DNA from: Eutreptiella sp. 'Long Island Sound 2002' | Taxonomy: Eukaryota > Protista > Euglenida | Length of the DNA: 64,000 nt | Reading direction: 5' to 3' | Assembly (NCBI GenBank): GCA_964036045.1 | Contig: OZ038379.1 | Coordinates: 4,092,001-4,156,000, forward strand | Shown here: positions 11,601 through 22,167 of the stretch, in pieces | Layout of the letters: each line of letters opens with the position of its first letter | How positions within the stretch are numbered: position 1 is the first letter of the stretch | The notes under the pieces: model-generated | Seen by the model: only the letters and a program-made list of their open reading frames with translations | Database searches by the model: none | What the model was told of the DNA's origin: nothing | Position numbers and translations under genes: made by a program

Positions 11601-13874
11601 ATCTTTGCCTCAAATGCAGGCACGGCCGCTGCCAGTGCAAGTGCCATGGCATGCATGGCTGTGTAGTTGGTGTTTGCATGTTGAGTTGGGGTTGTGGTGT
11701 CGGTTGGCGTAGCCTGCGACAACAGCTGAGGTGCCCCATCCAAAGCAAAACAAGGGAACGGGTGACAAAGGCGGGGACACACCAGAAATTGACAGGCTCG
11801 CCGTTGATTGTGGGCACGCGCAGGTCCTTCTGGCCGCGCTTCTGCATGAAGTCCTCGTAGCAGCGGTTCCAGTCCTCCTCGTGCCAGCAGACGGCCATGT
11901 TGGGGTTCCACGTGTTCATATCGCAGGTGAAGTTCTCGTCCTCCTGGAAACGAGCGCATGCAGCTCGGCCTGTGCACTGCTGGAAGGGGGGCTTGGGGCC
12001 GATGACGACTGATGAGACTGGTAATGGCACACCAGCCGTTTGTAACCGCTAGGCCTTGACCCCAGATTGCTTTTCCAACAACTAATGAGTGCTTCGACAA
12101 CCACGATGAGGACAACATTTATCGAGGCGTTCCACGCATTCACTGCCCGGGATAAAAAAGCTCTGCTTCATTGCAGCCCTGAACCTAACGCCTGTGCTGT
12201 GTAGGAGCGTTATTTGCACCACGCAGCCAGGTACTTGAAAGGGAGCCAAAACTGCCTCCGGTGTTCGTGGTATCATAACTGGCTGCCAATGGTGGCAGTT
12301 GGCGGTTATTTCGGAGCAATAGACGCCGGTGTGGCAGGCCTTGTGCTTACCTCCCCTGCAGCACACTCGCAAGCGGGGGCAGCTATAACTTCTCCGGTAG
12401 CGTGACTGAAAAGGCTGATTTTAACCATGAAAGCCCCATATCTCAGCACCATTATATGGAAACCGCCGTTGGGCTGTGTACATGCGGTCAGCTCGGTATG
12501 CCCATTTGATTGAGGGGTCACAATGGCACCGCCTGAGAAGTCTGAATGAGCGTCCTGAAATGCCTGAAACGGAGGCTGAAGAGGCTGACTTGCAACACGA
12601 AAACGCTCAGATCTGCGCACCTTTGCAGGACACAGGCAGGACACAGGCAGAGCAGCACATACACTCGCCAATTGGTGCGGAAGTTCAACGGAAGAGGACT
12701 GCCCACAGTTATCGCAGATGTTCCAGACAACCCCTGAGAGACAAATCCCGCGCAGGTGTAGTCGGCTTTTGCATGGCCATGAAAAGGGTGGTGTCTAGAC
12801 AGGGGAGGTGTGACCCGAGTGCCTCTGAGTGGCGGAGAAGTCACAGAAGTAAGTGGGGACAGCAAAGAGACACAGAACGGCGCGAAGGTACTGTAGGTTG
12901 CCGTTGTTGTTTGCGTTGGTGACAGTTCCCCATCACCTGGGGGACGGCATGGGCCGGGAGGTGACTTTGGGGGGAGCGGGGGGCGATGTTTATTCCAACT
13001 CCACCAGCGTTCTTCATGCCGTACCATATCTTAGCAAGGGCATGTAGGTGACCAGCAAGAAGAAAATTGATGGGGGAGGGGGAGCACGGATACATGAGTC
13101 AAAACTATCCCCATGACCCACTGATCATGTTGAGCTATGTATCATGGGGGAAACACTTTGTGAAAGGCATGACTAATAGACCCGCTATACCATACCACTG
13201 CATAAGTACACATTGCGCAACTACAATGCGCACAGTACTGCTGGTGATATAGGTGCACCGCATTCCATGTGTGGAGCCGCTTGCTACCAGTGTCCAATTT
13301 GGTGTGGGAGTGCCCGGCAGGGTGTAATGTGCCAAGCGCAATTCTACAACCAGTGAAGATTTGATTTTGTGGTCTGTGAGGGCCCTCGGAACCCAATCCC
13401 TAAATGGCCTGATTTCCAGCCACTGCTGGTCCTCACACAGGCTAAAACGAAGGCCCGGATGGCACAGAGGCCCATTTCCCCAACCCCCGCCCCCATCCTC
13501 CTTCGCCGGACCTCCGTGCCCCCCTCCCCCCTCCCGCAGAGCACTTTTCCAGTTGCCTTTCCCTGAATGCGTCCACCACCTTTACCGCGGAGCTCGTTCT
13601 TCAAGGAATGTGCATCAGGCTTGCCATGGTCCTCATCCCAGTAAATCTTCTTGGGGTTGCCGGCCGGCTCCGGAGGCACGATCGGTCTTGCCGCAGGACT
13701 GGTGGCTGTTGAAGCCCCGGCGTCACCAGCACCCGTGGTTCCTGCGTCATGCACTGGCTCCTTCCGGCCGTCACTGGCCTCATGAACCCCGTCGATGAGC
13801 GGCTTGGCCCCGTCGCTTCCCTCAGCGTCACTTCGCGGTGCCGCAGACGGGGATTCATTGGACTGCACCTCCAT
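5134..13874 (-). CDS. Chromatin reader with zf-CW-like, ARID/BRIGHT and PWWP domains (9 exons, about 603 aa)
   Basis: Hand-spliced exons (minus): 13874-13586, 12733-12663, 11943-11783, 10884-10764, 9233-9178, 8953-8691, 7358-7177, 6773-6618, 5646-5134. All introns GT-AG with matching phases; total 1812 nt = 604 codons. Motifs: WNICDNC...FTCDMNTWNPNMAVC (CW-like); FMQKRG..LRVPTINGEPVNFWYLYNFVVQMGGWETV...IIYETHLLDFE (ARID); GDKVWVKVPNCPWWPAQ...LVRFYGTHEW (PWWP). Confidence 0.88.
6618..7358 (-). CDS. Exons 7-8 (7358-7177, 6773-6618): PWWP domain
   Basis: GDKVWVKVPNCPWWPAQTV...DTLVRFYGTHEWYGCRSENAQ|VVLPWEW...ALQAAILEAEE. Confidence 0.9.
8691..8953 (-). CDS. Exon 6: charged linker with a basic NLS-like stretch
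   Basis: RYRSLEERLKLFRD...DDRRKKRKKTIEEMLEQDPSAKLFTFT; phase 2 in, phase 1 out. Confidence 0.85.
9178..10884 (-). CDS. Exons 4-5 (10884-10764, 9233-9178): ARID domain core
   Basis: WYLYNFVVQMGGWETVKLNGWLPLIYEEMNWTSTSIANRIK|IIYETHLLDFENAHFFGK; canonical splice sites. Confidence 0.9.
9465..10402. repeat. Two diverged copies (9465-9592, 10275-10402) of an intronic segment, possibly a LINE-RT relic
   Basis: Shared tail cc(c/a)tgccagcgctg..gaggcttctcat(g/t)cagtcat; the minus strand loosely resembles the K-A-x-G-x-DG RT motif. Confidence 0.4.
10910..11220 (+). repeat. 10-bp minisatellite (CATGGTCACA / CATGGTCATA / CACGGTGGTG) in intron 3
   Basis: About 30 degenerate decamers. Confidence 0.9.
11783..12733 (-). 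CDS. Exons 2-3 (12733-12663, 11943-11783): zf-CW-like domain and start of ARID
   Basis: GVVWNICDNCGQSSSVELPHQLAS|EDENFTCDMNTWNPNMAVCWHEEDWNRCYEDFMQKRG. Confidence 0.85.
13586..13874 (-). CDS. Exon 1 of CW-ARID-PWWP gene (low-complexity N-terminus)
   Basis: ATG at 13874; donor G|GTAAAG; phase 1 joins the exon at 12733. Confidence 0.7.
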
Positions 13875-13890
13875 AGTGTTCGTATCGCGT

Positions 13891-13910
13891 CTGGAAGATG
13901 CAGGAATGCG
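13891..13910 (-). promoter_or_regulatory. Probable trans-splice (or 5'-UTR) acceptor
   Basis: Minus strand cgcattcctgcatcttccAG, 16 nt upstream of the ATG. Confidence 0.5.
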
Positions 13911-14197
13911 GGACTTCCAGGGGTGATAAATATGGGAAAATCCAGACCCCCCCTTATGAAAGGTTTCGGGTTGACTTGCACATGTGTCATATGATGCAAA
14001 ATCACTGCATCACTAACACATGGCCAACCTAAAAATCAGAAAAAAATCCAAGGGTATCAAATCATCCAAACATGGTTGCCATGGCATGCATATCTCCCCT
14101 TGCTGCATCAATTGCAGGCATAACAGCGGACAGTCGGCACATTTCATGCCGAAAGGCGTACCTACTAGACAATCAGTAGTGCTTCTTTTTTGCTTCC

Positions 14198-14613
14198 AAG
14201 GGGGAATCTTTGCGCTGCGAGTGCACTGCGCACTACTTTTAGAATAGATTTCCCCCCGAAGAGCCCCCAGGCACACCCCTTCCAAACGCCCTTAAAATTA
14301 GGCGACCCCAACTACCCTAGCCTTGGGGTTGCAAAGTAGCTGAGGGGTATAGAAATTGCAATCTGACATGGAAATTTTTTCGCTTTTTTTCACTGAAAAA
14401 TGTTGCATCCAAATTTGATGGGGTTTACTCAACTGAAACTTGTTTGTGCTGGAATTCATTGTACCTGAACATTGTGTACTGACACAATATCACACAATCA
14501 TGTCAGACATCTAACATCAACATCGCGCGTAAGATGCCCAGAGCATCACAAAGTATGGTTTCTAGTACAACCATATGCCCAAATAGTCGCATTGCGCGTG
14601 CACTGCGCTTAAG
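14198..14613 (+). mobile_element. Solo copy of the TIR-less GGGGGAAT...GCGCTTAAG element family
   Basis: Starts AAGGGGGAATC, ends TGCACTGCGCTTAAG, AAG at both ends. 5' about 110 bp matches 28361 and 30156; 3' about 60 bp matches 25497, 29217 and 30806. Confidence 0.75.
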
Positions 14614-16029
14614 CCCCCCCACCATACGCTTTAGTTGAGACTGTGTGTTTTGCCATTGTTGTTGAGGGTGTAAATTGGATATTTACATCTTGGGAGCAGA
14701 ATAGGCATTTCCGTCATTGCATTGAACCAGAGCTGAGTGGTGCCTTGAGTTCAGCCATCGAGTTATCAAATGTCTCTTGGGCTGGATCCGGGTAGAATGA
14801 GGGCAAGGACGGATCCCTTACTTCTGGCTCCACTTGCTATGGTCGCTGTTGGTCACTGTCACTGTCATTGTCACTCAATGGCGATCCTAGTCCGCTGACC
14901 CAGCCACTGTTGGCCTTCACCCCTGAGCACTCCGACCACCCACTCATGTCCTTATTAGTCATTTTCTCAAGCAACTGGGCCCAGACATCTGCATTCTGGC
15001 GCTCAGTTAGCACAGCTCAATGAGAATGCACTGTCGTACACACTGCTCTGGCATCCGCTCCTTCATTACCTTCCACTGTCACTGAGCAGTTGCTCCTTTT
15101 TTTTTTATGAGTTCCAGCCCCACACGAGTTTGTCACTGTGCCACTGGTCCTGAGGCTGACCCACACATCAACATGGGCCACAGGGCCTGTCGGCCCCATC
15201 CACCCTGTCGTTGCCACTTGGTGCATTTACGTAATCCAACTGTTACTCCCTGTTGGGGGGGCCAAAACAGCTGAATTTACACACAGCAACTCCAGAGCGT
15301 GCACACAGCACACCGTGCACTACCCCAGTGGCATGGGCAACCTGATTTCCTAGCGCCTGAAAATCCAGTCCATCTGTAATGGTTTCTCAGTGGCGTGGCT
15401 CTGTTGGTTCACAGCAGCCACAGCCTAGTTGCCTTGGAATTTGCTCATATCTGCCTCCTGTTGTGGCCTTGACAGCACTCCATAGCCAAGGACGCTGCCC
15501 AGGAGGGATGTTTTTGAGCTCAGCAAAACTGAACACTCAGTGGAACAGCCGAATTGCGTTCTAAATACTCATTATGGGTTCTTTCAAAACCCTGCCTTGG
15601 CATGGAGCATCAGGAGCTCCTCCCCCGCCTGGCACAGTATGGCAGCTGTGCATTGAAGCAACTTTGCCTAGTGGCCCAGACCGCCGCACTGAGGTCCAGC
15701 AGCCCATACAGCATGAGAACAAACAGATGGGGAATGTGCACATGATTGTCTTCTTTGGTCCTCTCCAGAGGAGGTGTTTATGATTGCCTGAGTATCCCCA
15801 CCCCCTGCCCCCGGCTGAAGCCACAGCCCACCCACTTGATTGCCTCCTTTGGTCTTCAGTCCTGTCATTCAGTTGGGAGTTTCCCACAGCCTATGCATGC
15901 ACCAGAACCAACCCTAAAACCACCAAATGACTCAACACAACACATGCAAGGGCCGAAAGCTTGAATAATAGAAATCACACCGTGAGACAGGTCATCTGTG
16001 TCAAGGTGGTGGGGCACAACGGAGCGGCT

Positions 16030-16250
16030 CACCACAACTTCCCCCTACCCTAGGCAGGGTCCAATTGGGGGAGGGGGACGACAATCGCCCCCTCCCTATG
16101 CCAACATACTCCCCTCATATAGCTAGCCCATGGCTGGTTACGCCCGTTCCCTCCCTCCTGTAGGGCTGAGAAGTGGGGAGCACATGGGGACTCTGCAGCG
16201 GGCGCAAGAGCTAGCAGCGCTGGAGAGGGTTGGATGGAGGGCACCCGGGC
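16030..16250 (+). mobile_element. Degenerate retroelement relic (RNase H-like QRAQELAAL), with an inverted homolog at about 23310-23510
   Basis: gagcacatggggact..gcaagagct.gcag..ggagagggttggatggagggcacccgg occurs here and as reverse complement at 23312-23392. Confidence 0.4.
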
Positions 16251-16825
16251 ACAACAAAAGAGGGGACATGAACGCTGACGTTGTAGCGCCACATACCCCG
16301 GGGAGCAATCGCCAGGAGAGGGTGCCCGGGGCTAACTCGGATACACCCTAGCCTAGGACCCCACGTCGGGGTAGCCGTGCCCTCGGGGCCGGTGAGGATG
16401 CAGGGAGAGGAGGGTGGCAGTTGATGGCCTATGGGCCCACCGCCGTGACGCCTTTGAGGGGGGATCAGGTGGTGGGTGCTGAGCCTAGACCGGGCGGTCG
16501 CAGGTGGACGATACCCAAGTCCACCTACGAGAACCAAGTGGGTACTCTGCCCATGAGGGTAGGGAGTGGGTGCTGCGGAGGTGGGGTCGCGCACAGCGCG
16601 GTGCGCCCTCTAGGGGCCCATCGCGAGTGCAACAACTTTTTATACTTTCCCGCAAGTGTGCACTGACCTGCCCCTGCCCATCTATGTCTGGTGGGCCTTC
16701 TTCCACCCCACCAATGCCACGAAACTTGTGCTTGCCCTCCATCGCCGATCGGTGGTGCACACTGACAGTGCCCGATCCATGTCTGTTTGCACAAGCAGAG
16801 CACAAGAAAACTGCACAGGACTTGG

Positions 16826-17950
16826 GTAATCAAGCAAAAGGCATAGCAACAGAAGCAACCCCCCCCCCCCCCCACGACAACCAGGGGCCCCGCCACCGTG
16901 CACTGCTGACCCGCATCTTCCCGAGACACGGCGCCGCGCTCAATGGCAGAGGCCAGAGGCTGAAGTGGAGGGAGGGCAGGAATCGTGTCGGGCACCGGGC
17001 CCATATCAGCAGCGCCACCCCCGGCGGACTCCTCCAGCGGCCACGCCGCCATGGACAGTCACCACAGTGGACAGACACAGGTGGTCACGACGGTCGCCGT
17101 GCCCCACGTACAAATAAGGCGGGTAAATCGCACCAACCGGCCGTCAGCCCCAGCCGGACGCGGAGTGAGGCAGGCCCAAAAAGGTCTCCGCCGTATCCAG
17201 GTATCCACCACAGGGTCCACAACCTAATCCCAGCCCCAGAGGGATGTGCACCGAGGTAGCAATCAAGCAAAAAGGCAGAACAAACAGCAGCACCCCCCCG
17301 CCCCCCCCCCCACGACAACCAGAGGACCCGCCACCGTGCACTGCTGACCCGCATCTTCCCGAGACACGGCGCCGCGCTCAATGGCAGTCCCCAGAGGCCG
17401 AAGTGGAGGGAAGGCAGGAACCGTGTTGGGCACCAAGCTTACATCAGCAGCGCCACGTCCGGCGGACTCCTCCGGCGGCCATGCCGCCCCGGACAGCCAC
17501 CACAGCGGGCAGATACAGGCAATCACGACGGTCGCCGTGCCCTGCGGACAAAGAGGCGGGCAAATCGCACCAACCGGCCGTCAGTCCCAGCTGGATGCGG
17601 AGTGAGGCTAGCCCAAAAAGGTGAATAAATAAAGCACCCAGCGGCCGTGCCGCCAACCAAGTAAAAAGACAACAAAACAGGCGCACCCAGCGGCCACGCC
17701 GTCAGAGTCACCCTCTGCAGAGGGCAGATACAGGCGAACACGACTGTCACCGAGTCTCACTGATGGTAAAAGGCGGTCAGTCCCAGCACCCGGCCGTCAG
17801 CTCCAGCGGAACGCGGACCGACGCAGCCCAAAAATACAAAACCAAATCAGCACCCAGCGGCCAAGCCGTCAGGGACACCCACTGCATGGGCAGGCACAGA
17901 CGACGACGACAGTCGTCAAATCTCACGGGTTGAAGAGGCGGGCAAATTGC
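16826..17950 (-). repeat. 3' repetitive region of the YR element: two about 436-bp units plus degenerate subunits
   Basis: 16873-17016 and 17311-17454 each match 21001-21145 inside the YR ORF at roughly 85-90% by eye. Confidence 0.85.
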
Positions 17951-18432
17951 AACACCAGCCCATACCGGGCTTGGATCCATATATAGGGTACAGCAACCCT
18001 GCGTCCCTGGTTCCAGTCCGTTAGGGAGACCACAGCGACTCCCTCCGGCAGCCTTACCTCCCAGACCTGGCAGCAGGCATGCCGCCCTGGGGGTTTGACG
18101 CTGCGGCCGTCGGGGGTCGTGCGGCGGTGCGGCGTGCCTCCCACGCGTGCGGCCACGTCCCGGACCGCCCGTTCCAAAAACCCCTCCCTGTCGTCAGGGA
18201 GGGGGCACTGGGGGCACAGGCGCACCCCGTTGCCGAGCAGCACCCGGCGGATGGGCAGGCGCGCCAGCCTGCCGCGAAGGCGGGTGCGGAGCACGCTGCT
18301 CCACTTCGCCGCCCGGCGCTGCTGGGCGTCTGCGGAACGCCGGTGCCGCTGTCCGCCATGGCGACCCTTCCGGCGGGCTCCACGGGAACCCCGTCGCTTG
18401 TGGGCCCCACGCGAGCCCCGACGCTTGGTCAT
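17923..18432 (-). CDS. Extra 3' ORF (169 aa), Arg-rich N-terminus followed by a putative folded domain; unknown function
   Basis: ATG at 18432, about 80 nt after the RNase H stop. MTKRRGSRGAHKRRGSRGARRKGR...; alternating hydrophobic beta-like C-terminus (VWEVRLPEGVAVVSLTDW...VAVPYIWIQ). Confidence 0.5.
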   Translation of the reverse strand: MTKRRGSRGAHKRRGSRGARRKGRHGGQRHRRSADAQQRRAAKWSSVLRTRLRGRLARLPIRRVLLGNGVRLCPQCPLPDDREGFLERAVRDVAARVGGTPHRRTTPDGRSVKPPGRHACCQVWEVRLPEGVAVVSLTDWNQGRRVAVPYIWIQARYGLVLQFARLFNP

Positions 18433-18510
18433 AGGTGCGGATAGCAAAAAAGGTTGCTACATGGAGGGCGCATACACTGCCGCCGCTGGTCTGCTGGGGG
18501 GGGGGGGGGG

Positions 18511-19317
18511 CTAGCATCCCCGGAGACACACCACCCCCCTCACCCGAGCCTCGCCCAGATTTTCCAGCAATGCATCCCACGTGCACCAAGCCTCGACTTC
18601 CGCTCTAGCCTCTGAGCCTCCGAACACTGACGTCACCCTGGACATAGGGTCTCCCGGCTGAAGCGCCGAGGGCACCCACACGAGGCGGAGCACGATCCCT
18701 GATACCCACAGGACCCTAGCCAACGACCAAAGGACCGTTTGGTGGTGGGTCAGGTGGCTAGTCGCGCGCAGTCTGAGGACCTGAGCAATGGCCGCCTCAC
18801 TGTCGCTACACACCGTAACAGATCGGTGTCCTGTCCTAACTGCAAACCTGACAGCCCACGCCACTCCCCTCAGTTCCGTGGTTTGCTGGCTGGCAAAGCG
18901 GGCAGGAGGTGTCACATGCGTACGCACACCCACTCCCGGCACGAGCGCCCCCACCCTCCAGCACCCCGCATCGCGCGCTCCATCGACACAGATGACGACG
19001 CCCCCGCACCACAGAGAGGATCGCGAAAGCCTGTCCTCAGTCCCAAACTGGAGGGCCCTCAATTGCCGCCAGGCCTCCCCGCCCGGCGCCTGCCAGGGCT
19101 CGGCCGCCACCGCCACCAATGTTGCGAGGCTGCCCAGCATTTTCAGGGGGAAGCCCTGGGCCGGCTGTTTGACCCCCCCCACCGTCCTACCCCAGCGCAA
19201 CCAGCAGTAGGCGCCCTCCGCGAAAGGGCAACCCAATCCCCTCGGACGCACATGCCAATTCAGCAAACCCAGGAGTCTTTGGAGGTGCCGGTCGTTGCCT
19301 GCGCCAACCGCCAGCCC
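18511..19317 (-). CDS. RT connection plus RNase H (separated from RT by a 1-nt frameshift near 19315-19317)
   Basis: LQRLLGLLNW; RNase H tetrad CVDGA / TTELRG / CSDSE / PGDPMSR; LVWVPS. Confidence 0.9.
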   Translation of the reverse strand, partial: GLAVGAGNDRHLQRLLGLLNWHVRPRGLGCPFAEGAYCWLRWGRTVGGVKQPAQGFPLKMLGSLATLVAVAAEPWQAPGGEAWRQLRALQFGTEDRLSRSSLWCGGVVICVDGARDAGCWRVGALVPGVGVRTHVTPPARFASQQTTELRGVAWAVRFAVRTGHRSVTVCSDSEAAIAQVLRLRATSHLTHHQTVLWSLARVLWVSGIVLRLVWVPSALQPGDPMSRVTSVFGGSEARAEVEAWCTWDALLENLGEARVRGVVCLRGC

Positions 19318-20494
19318 ACAACTGGAGCAGTGCTTGTTCATGGCTCCTGATCTGCCTAGCCTGCAAGTCGAGCTCCTTCCCCAGGAATGACGCCACAGGC
19401 ACCGGGTCCAGGACACTCTTAGGACTTATGAGGAACCCAGCCCAGATCAGGGCACGCACTGCCACTCGCCCCGCCTCCCTGAGCACCTCCCTATCAGTGA
19501 AGACGAGCAAAAAGTCATCGAGGTAGTGCACAAGGAGTATCTCGGGGGGCAGTACCCCCTGGAGAATGCGAGCCAAACTCATTTGGCACAGATAGGGGCT
19601 GTATTTCCAGCCAAATGGCAGGCGCGACAGCGCCACAGGCGGAGCCCCGGGGGCGGGCCGGAAGCGAAAAACCTGGCGCGCACCCTGGGGCAAGCAAAAG
19701 CTCCAGAACGCATTTTTGAGGTCAATGTGGAGGCCGTAGAGGTCCACATCAGGCGGGAATGCCGACAAGGACCTAGCCAAATCCTCCCAGGAATCCAATC
19801 TAAAAGTGGGGGGCTTGCCCCCGTCACTCTTATTGATCTTGACGCAACTCAAGATCAAGGATACCTTCTCGGAGGATTTGGGGATGACGAAGGGGTAACA
19901 CGTGGGGGGGGGGGGGGGGTCAGCCGTCTCCTCGTAGACCCCCGCCCCCCTCAACGCCTGCACTATCCTCTGGACCTGCTGCGACACCCATCTGGTGGCC
20001 CCTCGGACCACCCTATCCCCGTCCTGCCACTCCCGCTCGACGTCAAAATCCTGGAGCCCTCCGCGGTAGAAGGGCGGTACGACAGCGTCCCACAGATCAT
20101 CAGGGAGCTGGTGGGAGCCTATCGGCCCCAATCCCCGGTCCAAAATGGCATCCTCGACCCCCGCCATGAACCGCGGAATGGGGGAGGTGTTGATATGGAG
20201 GCATGCCTCCCAGGCATCCGGGTGGAGCTTGCGCAAGGCGCCCAGGAGAGCGGGTAAAGCCCCCTGCAAGCGGAAATCCTCGGCTGTATCGAATACTCTA
20301 TTCAACCACAAATCCACCCTCTTCGCAACCATCCACAAGCCACAACGTTCCCGCTCGGCTATCCAGTGAAAATGGGGGGTGAGTGCCTGCATGAACTCCA
20401 GGAAGAGGGGGGGCTGTTCCTGCACCCTCCCACCCCTGTCGGGACCCTTACAGAGGGGGGGGGGGGCGACGCCACTGGGCTCGCCCGCCCCCAA
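19315..20494 (-). CDS. Reverse transcriptase
   Basis: YPFVIPKS, HIDLKNAFWSF, LPFGWKYSP, HYLDDFLLV (19514-19525), SFLGKELD. First ATG at 20392; the frame is open from about 20512. Confidence 0.95.
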
Positions 20495-22167
20495 GCCTTG
20501 GCCTTGAGACGCTCAGCTGCAGCCACGAAGGCACCCTCCACCGGGCCTTGCGCCTCCGGCGTCCGGACATGCCCGCCCTGCCCGAGCTTGATGCGCTTGG
20601 GCTTCGGCGTTCCGATCTGCTGGGCCAAACGAGGTCCCCCAGCTTGACGGCGTGCGGGGGCTCGGGATCGCACGGCCTGCGTACCACCCAGGACCACCTT
20701 AGCGCGACGCGGCCCCGTGTATGTTCGGTGGACACGGCCCACCACTCCAGCTTTCGAGCCCGCTGCGGGTCCTCTTCTGACAGGGCCAACGGCTGCCCTG
20801 GAGGACCACGGCTTACGCTCCCGCCCAACGAACTTGGCAACTCCGGCCTGTCGACGCCCGGGGGAGCCCCTGGCGCTGCCGACTACGAATTCGCCAGAGG
20901 GCTCGCTTCCGGAATCCTCGCTGTGGTCGTCGGTGTCCACGTCGGAATCGACATTGATGGGCCCGGCTGCCGTCCCCGGCCCGCACGCCCCCCCCCCCCC
21001 CACGGCAACCAAAGGCCCCGCCACCGTGCACAGCTGACCCGCATCTTCCCGAGACACGGCGCCGCGCTCAATGGCAGAGGCCAAAGGCGGAAGTGGAGGG
21101 AGGGTAGGAGTTGTGTCAGGCCCCGGGCCCATCTCAGCAGAGCCGTCCCCTGGGGATTCCTCCAGCTCGGTCGCGGTTTGGTCTCGGTCGCCTCCTCCCC
21201 CAAGCGTGCCGCTCGCAGTGGATTCCAGCTCCTGACCTCGCGGAAGTCTCGGCTTGCGCTTGGTCGGGGTGTTAAGGGCGCTCGCGATACTGGGGAACAT
21301 CGGGGATCCCCACAGGGCCAGGACGCCCACGCGTTCCGGAGTCGGCAAAGGCCCCTGGTCACGGGACCATGCGGGCAGCACCGTAGGGGCAACGACTCCC
21401 GGGTCTGACCATTTGGTGCCGTATTGCATCGCCACGGCCGTGCTCTGCCATCTGCCCCACCATTTGTAGTAGGCGAGGTCTGGTTTACGGGCCCAAGTTG
21501 CTGCGGCGCCTCCCCTGCGCAGGGCGTGCCACCTGGCTCGGGAGTGGGCGGTGCTCGCCAGGGTTTCGGCCATGCCTGCCTCCAACCCCGCTTCCCCTGA
21601 CTGCCAGACGAGCATGTCTGAGGATCGGCCCAGCGAAACCATGTGGCCATGAAGCCACGCCCGGACGCCGTCCGCATACGTGTACAGGGGGCGGGTGGTG
21701 TACCCCTCCTCCCCTGTCTTGGAGTTCAAGAACTGGACAAAGCCTGGCATAGCCAGGTCAGTAACCCTGATGCCAGCTGCTTCGCCCGCCCGTAGGTAGC
21801 ACACCCAGCTGATGATGGCCAATGCGCTGAACACCGCTCCGTGTCCGGAGTCTCTGGCCTTTTCGACCAGCTGGACCAAGCCTGCTGGGGACAGATAGGG
21901 CTGAGAGCCTGAGGATGCGGCTCCCGCCGCAATCCTTTTGTGCAAGGTGGTGACTGTTGGGGGCAGCCACTGGAAGTCCTCCACGGCCCGGACCGCGGAG
22001 GTAATACCCCGCAGGGCCGACGCTGTAGCGCCGGCTTGCGCCCGCTCTGCCAGGAGGCCTGCCAGTGCCGCGGCTGTATCAGGCGGGCCCGTGCGGTCCG
22101 CGTAAGCCGCCAAGGCCCGGAGTTGGGACGCGTACTGCGAGCGGGTTCTCGGTCTCCAGGACTGCAT
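20359..22167 (-). CDS. Tyrosine recombinase/integrase (602 aa from ATG; in frame with gag) with a long low-complexity C-terminal linker
   Basis: Catalytic set R (CYLRAGE), K (NSKTG), H-x-x-R (WHALRRGG), W (GRWQS), Y (AMQYG). Confidence 0.93.
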   Translation of the reverse strand: MQSWRPRTRSQYASQLRALAAYADRTGPPDTAAALAGLLAERAQAGATASALRGITSAVRAVEDFQWLPPTVTTLHKRIAAGAASSGSQPYLSPAGLVQLVEKARDSGHGAVFSALAIISWVCYLRAGEAAGIRVTDLAMPGFVQFLNSKTGEEGYTTRPLYTYADGVRAWLHGHMVSLGRSSDMLVWQSGEAGLEAGMAETLASTAHSRARWHALRRGGAAATWARKPDLAYYKWWGRWQSTAVAMQYGTKWSDPGVVAPTVLPAWSRDQGPLPTPERVGVLALWGSPMFPSIASALNTPTKRKPRLPRGQELESTASGTLGGGGDRDQTATELEESPGDGSAEMGPGPDTTPTLPPLPPLASAIERGAVSREDAGQLCTVAGPLVAVGGGGACGPGTAAGPINVDSDVDTDDHSEDSGSEPSGEFVVGSARGSPGRRQAGVAKFVGRERKPWSSRAAVGPVRRGPAAGSKAGVVGRVHRTYTGPRRAKVVLGGTQAVRSRAPARRQAGGPRLAQQIGTPKPKRIKLGQGGHVRTPEAQGPVEGAFVAAAERLKAKAWGRASPVASPPPPSVRVPTGVGGCRNSPPSSWSSCRHSPPIFTG

